Shown here in pieces: positions 1 to 7,623 of a stretch of DNA of 64,000 nt (position 1 is its first letter; the number at the start of each line of letters is the position of its first letter). Origin of the DNA: Collinsella sp. (GTDB lineage Bacteria; Actinomycetota; Coriobacteriia; Coriobacteriales; Coriobacteriaceae). The DNA lies in NCBI GenBank assembly GCA_019424985.1, contig JAHYYM010000007.1, positions 4,467 through 68,466 on the forward strand, in the 5' to 3' direction. The position numbers and the translations under genes are program-made. The notes under the pieces are model-generated. The model searched no databases, was not told the DNA's origin, and saw nothing but the letters and a program-made list of their open reading frames with translations.

Positions 1-43
1 GCTGGGCACCGACAAGTAACCTGCAGCGCAAACTTCCCACATC

Positions 44-117
44 CGGAGGGGTGCGCCACGGCAGGCACCCCCTCCGACAGTTAGGGACGTTCCTTATGTG
101 CCGGCACCCAGGGACAC
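44..117. repeat. Intergenic hairpin plus GGGAC-core repeat module (copy of a dispersed family)
   Basis: cggaggggtgc (44-54) pairs with gcaccccctccg (65-76). The following cagttagggacgttccttatgtgccggca matches modules seen at 53361-53395. Confidence 0.45.
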
Positions 118-251
118 TCCTGACACAGCCGAGGAACGCCCTCCTTGCGACCAAATTCTGGGCGCCTCGCCACCCCGAACGTTGTTTCCAAGCCCACACC
201 CGCAGCAAACAACCCAAAATCACTCTTTTCGAGCCGGCTCCAAGGGGTCGT

Positions 252-477
252 GGACAAAAAGGGGCAAATATGAGTACTGTTACCATTTTAGTAGCAGGCA
301 AAACCACCCAAAATGACGTCCGAGCGACCCCTACAACCCCCTAAAGCAGCCAACCTGACTGGTTTAAGACATATTGGAGCCAATTTTAATGAACATACTA
401 TCGGCTATGTCCATTATCTTCTTGGATGTAAATGCTATTCACTTAGCAACTGTACTCATATTTGGCATTTTTTGTCC
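252..477. repeat. AT-rich segment bracketed by ~31-bp imperfect inverted repeats (MITE-like relic)
   Basis: ggacaaaaaggggcaaatatgagtactgtta (252-282) is the near reverse complement of caactgtactcatatttggcattttttgtcc (447-477). The interior is non-coding and visibly AT-rich. Confidence 0.4.
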
Positions 478-507
478 ACTGCCATATAACTAATGCCCTA
501 TAGCGGG

Positions 508-542
508 CAAAAAACAGGCCGCAGTCCATCGCTGCGGCCTGT
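508..542 (-). terminator. Rho-independent terminator of the NRAMP-family gene
   Basis: 11-bp stem acaggccgcag / ctgcggcctgt with a 7-nt loop. On the minus strand it is followed by TTTTTTG, 20 nt after the stop at 562. Confidence 0.8.
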
Positions 543-561
543 TCGGAAGCAAAAGTGGGCG

Positions 562-1824
562 TTAAGCGCTGTAGCCCATCGCCTGCAGGACAAACATGAC
601 GACCGTGAGCACCGTAATCACGCCGATAGTCGCCCACGTGAGCACGTTCCATACGCGGCCGTTGCGGTTGGCGCCCATAATGTGACGGTCGGCGGCGATA
701 ACCACCTGGAACACCAGAACCACGGGCAGTAGCACGCCATTGATGACCTGCGAGGTCATCATAATCTGGAACAGATCGACGCCGGGCATAAGCACCAGCA
801 CGGCAGAGATACCGATGATGGCCGTAATGATGCCGCGATAGACCGGGGCCTCGTCCCAGCTGCGGTCGGCACCGCGCTCCCAGCCAAATGCCTCGCAGAT
901 AGCGCTTGACGTAACGCCCGGCAGCACGCAGGCAGCCAAGAAACTCGCCGCGACCAGGCCCGAGGCAAACAGTACCGTAGACCACTGACCCGCAATAGGC
1001 TCCAGCGCGCGGGCAGCATCGGCAGCATCGCTAATCTGAATACCCGCCGGGAACAACACCGTGCCGGTCGTGATGATAATAAAGCCGGCAATAACATCGG
1101 CGGCAAGCGAGCCGCTCACGGTATCAATACGCTGCAGCACGATGTCGTCCTCGCCCGCGTTCTTATCGACCACGTTGTTCTGCGCCAAGAAAATCATCCA
1201 CGGCGCGATGGTGGTACCGATCGTTGCGACCACGAGCGACACGTAGCTGGGGTCATTTTGAATGTTAGGCACGACCAGGTCGACCGCGACCTCACCCCAG
1301 TTGGGGCCAGCCATAAACGCGGCGACGATGTAGGTCACGAACACGCAGCTCACCAGCAGCAGAATCTTCTCGATGCGCTGGAAACTCCCCGACATGGTAA
1401 GCATCCACACCAGCAGCGCCACCAACGGCACCGAGATGCTCGCCGGCACGCCAAAGAGGGCAAGGCCGCTCGCAATACCCGCAAACTCCGAAATGGTCAC
1501 AGCCGTGTTGGCGATCAACAGCGCCGCCATAGCAAGTACACTCTTGCGCACGCCAAAGCGCTCGCGAATGAGCGATGCCAGGCCCTTGCCCGTCACGCAG
1601 CCGCAACGCGCCGCGGTCTCCTGCGTCACGATGAGCAGCACAGTCATGACGGGAAGCATCCAGAGCATCTTGTAGCCATAGCTGGCACCCGCACTGGAAT
1701 ACGTTGCAATGCCGCCGGCGTCATTGCCCGAAAGCGCCGCCAGCAGACCGGGACCCATAGCGCCAAAGATGGCCGCGATGGTCAGCTTTTGCTTGGTGCC
1801 CGACTTTTGCTTGGTATTTTGCAC
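562..1824 (-). CDS. NRAMP-family divalent cation transporter of the NRMT (Nramp-related Mg2+ transporter) type
   Basis: 11-12 TM Nramp fold. TM1 reads SGNDAGGIAT and TM6 reads GTTIAPWMIF in place of the canonical DPGN / AxxMPH. Start taken as GTG 1824 (AGGTGG 4 nt upstream); the ORF is open to 1887. Confidence 0.85.
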   Translation of the reverse strand: MQNTKQKSGTKQKLTIAAIFGAMGPGLLAALSGNDAGGIATYSSAGASYGYKMLWMLPVMTVLLIVTQETAARCGCVTGKGLASLIRERFGVRKSVLAMAALLIANTAVTISEFAGIASGLALFGVPASISVPLVALLVWMLTMSGSFQRIEKILLLVSCVFVTYIVAAFMAGPNWGEVAVDLVVPNIQNDPSYVSLVVATIGTTIAPWMIFLAQNNVVDKNAGEDDIVLQRIDTVSGSLAADVIAGFIIITTGTVLFPAGIQISDAADAARALEPIAGQWSTVLFASGLVAASFLAACVLPGVTSSAICEAFGWERGADRSWDEAPVYRGIITAIIGISAVLVLMPGVDLFQIMMTSQVINGVLLPVVLVFQVVIAADRHIMGANRNGRVWNVLTWATIGVITVLTVVMFVLQAMGYSA

Positions 1825-1832
1825 GCGACCAC

Positions 1833-3677
1833 CTAGCCCATGACTGACATGGCGAGCAGCACCGCGGCGATGCAATACGCCACACACGAGATCATGACGG
1901 CAATAACGTTCATGGCGGTGCCCGACGTGTTGAGGTCATGCTCGTCACGCCAGAACAGCACCATCAGGTAAATCACAGCACTCATGTTGCCAACCAGGCA
2001 AATGATGGCGGCAATGTTAAAGCAGCCGGTAAAGAGCTGCTCCTCAAACATAGAGGCATCGGGGAATGCAGCGGTGCGCACCAGCTGGGCGCACAGGTAG
2101 GTCACGAGTGACAGAATCAGGCCCATGCCCGTGCTCTGGAAGAAGAATCCCAGATACGGCTTGGGCTCGTCGTCGTGACCGTCATACTCCAGGAAGTAGT
2201 TCTTGACGAACGACACCATGCGCGAGGCCGCCAGCAGCACGAGCGGCATGGCGCACATGGGGAACACCACCAGATGCGCGGAGCCGAGCGCCGTTCCCAG
2301 CACGGTCGCCATGATGCACGACGCGATGCCCCATACAACAACCCAGTACTGGCGATGCACGAACCAGCTGAGCACGTTCGTCGAGTCGTCCGACGCGCTA
2401 TCGCCCGAGCCGACACCGGCGATCTGCAGGTCCTCCTGATGCTCCTCGGCGATAACGTCCATGGCGTCGTCGAAGGTCACGATACCAAGGATATGACGGT
2501 TCTCGTCGCAGACAGGGATGGCAACCAGGTCGTACTTGGTCATCTCGTCCGTCACGTCTTCCTGGTCCTCGTCGGGCGACACATAGACCAGGTCGCGATA
2601 GGCCAACTGACCCAGCGTGGCGTCGCGGTCGGCTACGATCAGCGTGCGCAGCGAAAGCACGCCGGTCAGCATGCCACTCGGATCCTCGGTATAGACGTAA
2701 TAGACGCTCTCGAAGTCCTCGTCGAGCTCGCGAATCGCCTCGATGGCGTCACCGACCGTTGCCGTAGCGGGCAGGGAGACAAACTCCGAGGTCATGATGC
2801 GGCCGGCGGTGTTGTCCTCATACCCCAGCAGGTTACGAATCGCCTTCTCCTCCTTGACGCCCATCAGGCGCAGGAGTTTCTCGGCCTTCTCGTAATCAAG
2901 CTCGTCGATCAGGTCGGCAGCGTCGTCCGGGTCCATCATGGCCAGCATCGACGATGCGTCCGTATCGGACAGGCCCTCGAGCATCTCGGTCATAAGCTCG
3001 TCGTCATCGAACTCCGAGATGGCCTCGGCGGCCTGGGCAGTATCGAGCTGCGCAAACACCTGCGCACGCAAGCGCGGGTCGAGCTGCTCGATAATGTCGG
3101 CGATGTCGGCAGGGTGCAGCTCGCCGAGCGTCTTGTGCGACACCGAGAGTTGAATGTTCTTGGTCGAGCGGTCGAGCAGGTCCATGTAGGACCAAGCGAT
3201 GATATCCTCACTGAGCGGCTTGCCCAGGTGCTTCATAAAGCCTTCAACGATATGCTCGAGCGCGGGGCTGATGGCGCGTAGCAGACCGCGGGCACCGACC
3301 TCGGCGCCCAGCAGGCGCAGCTGGTTTTCGCCCGACATGGAAAACTTGATGTCGTTGACGCGCACGACCTTCATGCCCTGCGTGTCGACGATCTGCTTGT
3401 TGAGCACGTCGCGGGCAAGCAAGAGTTCGGTCGGCTGCAGGTACGAAAAACGGATTTCGGTGGCCGACGTCTTAAGGTGTACACCCGTCTCGTCGATGCG
3501 GTCGACCCATTTGCGCCAGCTGATCATGAACGGCGTCTTGCCGGGACCACGGAACGCGAGCGACGTCACGTGCGGAAAAACTTCGCCAGTTGCAATGCCA
3601 AAATCGTTGACCACGCCGAGCTTTTCGCCGTCGACGTCCAAGACTGGCAATTTGAGCATCTCACTCAGATAATTCAA
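1833..3677 (-). CDS. PRC-barrel / MgtE_N / tandem-CBS protein with a C-terminal multi-TM domain unlike the MgtE pore
   Basis: N-terminal PRC-like (LPVLDVDGEKLGVVNDF; DVLNKQIVDTQGMKVVRVNDI). MgtE_N-like acidic helical region (HPADIADIIEQLDP...DPDDAADLIDELD). A CBS pair follows, then ~190 aa hydrophobic with no GMGGN-type MgtE motif. Start is TTG 3677 or ATG 3659. Confidence 0.8.
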   Translation of the reverse strand: MNYLSEMLKLPVLDVDGEKLGVVNDFGIATGEVFPHVTSLAFRGPGKTPFMISWRKWVDRIDETGVHLKTSATEIRFSYLQPTELLLARDVLNKQIVDTQGMKVVRVNDIKFSMSGENQLRLLGAEVGARGLLRAISPALEHIVEGFMKHLGKPLSEDIIAWSYMDLLDRSTKNIQLSVSHKTLGELHPADIADIIEQLDPRLRAQVFAQLDTAQAAEAISEFDDDELMTEMLEGLSDTDASSMLAMMDPDDAADLIDELDYEKAEKLLRLMGVKEEKAIRNLLGYEDNTAGRIMTSEFVSLPATATVGDAIEAIRELDEDFESVYYVYTEDPSGMLTGVLSLRTLIVADRDATLGQLAYRDLVYVSPDEDQEDVTDEMTKYDLVAIPVCDENRHILGIVTFDDAMDVIAEEHQEDLQIAGVGSGDSASDDSTNVLSWFVHRQYWVVVWGIASCIMATVLGTALGSAHLVVFPMCAMPLVLLAASRMVSFVKNYFLEYDGHDDEPKPYLGFFFQSTGMGLILSLVTYLCAQLVRTAAFPDASMFEEQLFTGCFNIAAIICLVGNMSAVIYLMVLFWRDEHDLNTSGTAMNVIAVMISCVAYCIAAVLLAMSVMG

Positions 3678-3729
3678 TGGTGCTCCCCATCATTATTCCT
3701 CCGGACGCGGCCGCGCGTGCGGCGTCCGG
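3661..3729 (-). promoter_or_regulatory. Leader hairpin overlapping a strong SD, plus a 10-codon mini-ORF abutting the gene start
   Basis: Minus sense: CCGGACGCCGC..GCCGCGTCCGG-AGG; the stem 3' arm overlaps GGAGG (3698-3702). ATGATGGGGAGCACCATTGAATTATCTGAGTGA (3693-3661) ends 1 nt before ATG 3659. Confidence 0.3.
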
Positions 3730-3970
3730 GGGCTTCTGGATATGTATACGCATGCGCGGGCGGCACGCCGCTCGACGCTTACACCCCGTGCATGCGCAAA
3801 AAGCACCTGCATGGGGTCATCGACTGTATGGTCGAGGTTTGGATTTCACCTGTAACCTTTCTCTTGACCCTCATTAACCGCAGTAACTATAGCATCAGCA
3901 TCGCCCTGCGGCATCGAATTTATGCGCTGCACATTGCAGGCATACCAAACGCTGACGTATCCGTGACATA

Positions 3971-4010
3971 GCCATTGGGGACGTTCTTAAACGACTACCC
4001 AATGACTACT
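3971..4010. repeat. Partial copy of the CATTGGGGAC-core repeat family, overlapping the stop codon of the deacetylase gene
   Basis: gccattggggacgttcttaaacgactac matches the reverse complement of 16165-16196 and 12579-12613. cccaatgactac contains the TAG stop (4006-4008). Confidence 0.6.
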
Positions 4011-5412
4011 CTGTAGTGTCATCGTCCTCGGCAAGTTGGGGGAACACGGCGTCCTTGGGCATGGTGACCTTCGTCAGCGAGGTGAGCTTTTTGCTGAGCG
4101 ATGTGTCCGTCTTGACCAGGTCGCTGAGCGTCACGATCTTGTAGCCGTCGGCGACAAGACCGTCGATAATCTGCGGCAGCGCCTCGAGCGTCTGCTCGGC
4201 GCATTCGTCTCTATCGGTGAGCAGCACGATATTGCCCGGCGTCACCGAATCGAGCACCGTCGAGACCTGTTCGTCGGCACCGTTGAGCAGCCAGTCGCCC
4301 GAGTCGATATTCCACGAGACCACGGCGGAGACCAGGTCCATCGCATCAATCCAGTTTTGCTCGTCAAAGGCAGCGTAGGGAGCACGCAGCAGCATCGTCT
4401 TCACGCCGGTCGCCGACTTAATCGCATCGGTGCCTTTCGTGATCTGCTCGCGTACCGCCTCACGGTCCTGACCCTTGAGCGAATCGTCGCTGTAGCTGTT
4501 GGATCCGATTTCGCACCCGGCATCGACAATCGCCTTGGCCGTAGCAGGCGAGGCCTCGGCCGCATCGCCCGACAGGAAGAACGTCGCGGTGACGCCCTTT
4601 TCCTTGAGTACCTGCAAAATCTGCTTGGTCGCGCCGCTCGGACCCTCGTCAAACGTCAGCGCCACGTACTTTTTGTTGCCCTTGGGCGCCACGCTGGCGC
4701 ACGCAACGACGCAATCGGTGACGGGCACAACCTCGCCGCGGTCCTGCGTCTTGCCCGACTGCTCACCAACCCACACCTCGGAGCGGCCCTGGACACCCCA
4801 CGTCTGCACATACTCTATGGCGCCCGTGCCCTCGACCTTGAGCTTGGGCTCGATAACCGTAGCCTGAATCTCGTGCTTCTCGTAGGTGTTACGGCCATCC
4901 TTGACCGTCACCTTCTCGCCGCCCTCAAGTTCGCGGCTATCCCATTTGCCCTGCTTCACGCGCTTGCCGTCGACCTTCACCGACAGCTTTTCGCCGCCAT
5001 GGCGCTTGAGCACGCTGTCATCGACGGCCAGCAGGTCGCCTGCGTCGTAGGCGTCAGTCAACTCCTGGTCGTCGATGAGATTCTGCAGCGTAGAGCCGAC
5101 GCGCACCGCGGTCTTTTGCCCGTTGAGTTCCACGTCCACGCTGCGGTTGACGTAGCCCACGACGGCAGCGATAAACAACACGAGTGCGCAACCCACGGCG
5201 ATGAGCGCATAGGGCAGGCGAGACGAACGACGGGGCGTACGGCTGTTGCCGATGCGCGCGCTGCGATCGCTAAAGCCGCGGCTATGGTTGAGGTACATCG
5301 CGCCGGGCTTACGGTGACGCTTGCGCTGACCGCTGGGCAGCTGCCCCAGATCGCGGCGCGCCGTCGGACGCGTACCCGAACGCCCGTTTAAGTTGGATCC
5401 GTTTTGGCGCAT
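4006..5412 (-). CDS. Membrane-anchored DUF348/G5-domain polysaccharide (peptidoglycan) deacetylase, NodB family
   Basis: Arg-rich N-terminus and one TM. G5-like segment. NodB motifs YVALTFDEGPS and GCEIGSNSYS. SD GGGGGAGGG lies upstream of ATG 5412. Confidence 0.8.
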   Translation of the reverse strand: MRQNGSNLNGRSGTRPTARRDLGQLPSGQRKRHRKPGAMYLNHSRGFSDRSARIGNSRTPRRSSRLPYALIAVGCALVLFIAAVVGYVNRSVDVELNGQKTAVRVGSTLQNLIDDQELTDAYDAGDLLAVDDSVLKRHGGEKLSVKVDGKRVKQGKWDSRELEGGEKVTVKDGRNTYEKHEIQATVIEPKLKVEGTGAIEYVQTWGVQGRSEVWVGEQSGKTQDRGEVVPVTDCVVACASVAPKGNKKYVALTFDEGPSGATKQILQVLKEKGVTATFFLSGDAAEASPATAKAIVDAGCEIGSNSYSDDSLKGQDREAVREQITKGTDAIKSATGVKTMLLRAPYAAFDEQNWIDAMDLVSAVVSWNIDSGDWLLNGADEQVSTVLDSVTPGNIVLLTDRDECAEQTLEALPQIIDGLVADGYKIVTLSDLVKTDTSLSKKLTSLTKVTMPKDAVFPQLAEDDDTTE

Positions 5413-5484
5413 GTGCCCTCCCCCATAAACACAGCAAGCCGGAGCAACAGGTCTCCGGCTTGCCTCCCATCATTTGGTACGTCG

Positions 5485-6240
5485 CTATTTTGTAGCTTTA
5501 GACGAGCCTCCGCTCGCCTTTTGGTATTCGTCCTTAAAGGCCTTGAACATGCCGCGCGTCTTGCCGAGTTGCTTGCCCAGTGCGCGACTGCCCTTGTCCA
5601 CGGCAACCGACCCCTTGTCGTCGAGCACCTTGGCGCCCTTTTTGACCTTGTCGCCCACCACGACGCTGGCCTCGGCGGCCTTGGCGGCCGCACCGCCCGA
5701 ATACCCGAGCGACTTGACCTCGTCCGAGACGACCATCGCGCCGTTCTCGTAGCCGCGCAGCATCGTCGGCGGCACCTGCGTGTCACCAACCAAAACACTC
5801 GAAGCAGCACCGGCGGTCACATAGAATGCCTGCACGATGCCCGAGCGCGGCTTGAACTCAACGTCCGAGCAATAGCCCACGACGTCGCCCGATTCCGTGC
5901 GCACGTCCATACCGACCCAGATGATGCAATCGTCCAGGTTGATGTCGAGGCGCTTGGCGGCGGCGGCATCGTACGTGTCCTTGACGTCATCGACCGCAAT
6001 GGCGCCCTCGTAGACACCAATGGCGTCGAGCGCTACGAATCGGTCGGGACGCTCGATCATGCCCGCGATATCGGACTGGCGGACCATAAAGCCGACCACG
6101 CGCGTACCGCCCGGGGTAAAGACCGGAAAGTGAATCTTTCCGAGCTTTTTGGGGCTGCGCGGCGTGCCGTCCTTTTTGGTGCGCTTGTCCTCGGTAGGCT
6201 TGCGATAGATCTTGGCGCCGACAAAATCCCCAGCGCGCAT
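5485..6240 (-). CDS. PRC-barrel domain-containing protein
   Basis: Two PRC-like segments (GKIHFPVFTPGGTRVVGFMV; VRTESGDVVGYCSDVEF) and a Lys/Gly-rich tail. The ATG overlaps the upstream TAA (TAATG). Confidence 0.65.
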   Translation of the reverse strand: MRAGDFVGAKIYRKPTEDKRTKKDGTPRSPKKLGKIHFPVFTPGGTRVVGFMVRQSDIAGMIERPDRFVALDAIGVYEGAIAVDDVKDTYDAAAAKRLDINLDDCIIWVGMDVRTESGDVVGYCSDVEFKPRSGIVQAFYVTAGAASSVLVGDTQVPPTMLRGYENGAMVVSDEVKSLGYSGGAAAKAAEASVVVGDKVKKGAKVLDDKGSVAVDKGSRALGKQLGKTRGMFKAFKDEYQKASGGSSKATK

Positions 6241-6629
6241 TATGCCTCGGTCGAGGGTTCCGCAGCCCCGGCATCAGCCTCGACGGCGTTCTCGACCACG
6301 ACGTCGGCGGCAGGCGTCACGTTGCCACCAGAAATGGCGTCGTTGAGCTGCTCGCGCAGCTGGTCCATGCGCTCGCGGGCCAGGTCGACCTTGGCGCGCA
6401 GGTCGTCGGTCTTGGCGTCGACCATCGGGCCAAAGTCATTCACCGCGGCACGGGCCTCCTCGGCGCTGTGCTCGTAGGTGTCGCGCATATTGTCCCAGGC
6501 GTCGTTGGCGATATCGGCAGCCATGGCGCGGGTCTCGGCGCCCGAGCGCGGGGCCAGAGCAACACCGATAATAGCGCCAGCAGCAGCACCAAAAAGTGCG
6601 CCGGAGACAAAGCTGAAAGTCTTACCCAT
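6240..6629 (-). CDS. YtxH domain-containing protein (general-stress-type, N-terminal TM helix plus coiled coil)
   Basis: MGKTFSFVSGALFGAAAGAIIGVALAPRSGAETR is a typical YtxH N-terminus. SD GGAGAGG is 8 nt upstream of ATG 6629. Confidence 0.75.
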   Translation of the reverse strand: MGKTFSFVSGALFGAAAGAIIGVALAPRSGAETRAMAADIANDAWDNMRDTYEHSAEEARAAVNDFGPMVDAKTDDLRAKVDLARERMDQLREQLNDAISGGNVTPAADVVVENAVEADAGAAEPSTEA

Positions 6630-6765
6630 GATCATTCCTCTCCTGCGGGCACGTCGGTGCCCACCGTTTGAATGCTGTCCATTATACCCGCAGCGCATCA
6701 CTTGCCGCTCCGCTCATCTGCGTACGGCAAAGGCGCAGGTACGTGATGGTGATAAACGCGTAGGC

Positions 6766-7599
6766 CTACTCCTGAGGCACAGCCGGCATGGCCACCGTGG
6801 CACCCGGGTCCTCGCCGGCGCCGTCCACGAGCGGCAGACCGCCCTCATGCGCAGGTCCTGCCGGAACCGTCGCCGCACCGCCAAAGACGGCAGCGGAGGC
6901 CTCGTGGTTCTCGGCAACCGCGCCCTCGGTATCAATCGCCACCTGGGGCTCGTCGTCAAAGTTGGGGACGCCCTGGGGCTCGGTGGGAACGGGCTCGGCG
7001 GTCGCATCGGCAACGGGCTCGGCGTCGACCGGCACATCGCCCTCGTCAGCGCCCTCGTCCTCGGCAGCATCTTCGCCGTTCGCAGCGGCAACGGCCTCGT
7101 GCGGGTCCTTGCCCTCGGCCTCGGCGCGCATGCCCAGCACCAGGTTGCGCAGGCCAGCGACCGTGCCTTCCACGTCGGGGGCCGGCTGATCGGCGTGCAG
7201 GTACGCCCAGTCCATCATAAAGGTCGCCGATGACAGCGCGCCAATGGCCAGCGCGTCATCGGGACACGAAAGCTCAACCTCAAAGACGCGCTCGTCATGC
7301 TCGCTCACGCGCGTGCGACCGCACGAGATGCTGCCAGCAAGACCGGTCTCGTTCATGAGCTCGACCGTCACGTGCTCCAGCAGGTGGCAGAGCTCGGTCT
7401 GACCCATGCAGTCCTGGAACTCGCGGCCGGAATCGCCCAGGCACAGGTGCTTGGCAATCGCCGGCACCAGGTAGTACACGCGCGCCGTGGCCTCGATATC
7501 CTCCGAGGTCATGAGCGGCATGCCGGGGTTCACCAGCACGTGCGCGCAGATCTTGTCCTCGCTGACGGTGACCTTAAGGATGTTGAACAGGCCTGCCAT
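6766..7599 (-). CDS. Hypothetical protein: stand-alone cyanophycin-synthetase N-terminal-like domain plus acidic low-complexity tail
   Basis: HLCLGDSGREFQDCMGQTELCHLLEHVTVELMNETGLAGSISCGRTRVSEHDERVFEVE resembles the CphA N-domain pattern (H.C..G....F......H..EHV..EL...G....GRTR.....V.E). The C-terminal ~120 aa is Asp/Glu/Ala/Pro-rich. Confidence 0.55.
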   Translation of the reverse strand: MAGLFNILKVTVSEDKICAHVLVNPGMPLMTSEDIEATARVYYLVPAIAKHLCLGDSGREFQDCMGQTELCHLLEHVTVELMNETGLAGSISCGRTRVSEHDERVFEVELSCPDDALAIGALSSATFMMDWAYLHADQPAPDVEGTVAGLRNLVLGMRAEAEGKDPHEAVAAANGEDAAEDEGADEGDVPVDAEPVADATAEPVPTEPQGVPNFDDEPQVAIDTEGAVAENHEASAAVFGGAATVPAGPAHEGGLPLVDGAGEDPGATVAMPAVPQE

Positions 7600-7623
7600 A
7601 ACTCTCCCCTACTCTTCCTTGTC

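Noticed and set aside
1-19. Possible 3' end of a plus-strand gene (frame ending …LGTDK-TAA at 17-19) followed by the hairpin at 44-76
   Set aside because: Only 19 nt are available, so coding cannot be supported from this window.
3694-3960. M-box (ykoK) Mg2+ riboswitch upstream of the MgtE_N/NRMT operon
   Set aside because: Only a 13-nt stretch (GTTAATGAGGGTC) loosely resembles the M-box core. I could not find the other conserved helices or the GCUAAAGCUCUACG-type segment by eye. An Infernal scan is needed before any claim.
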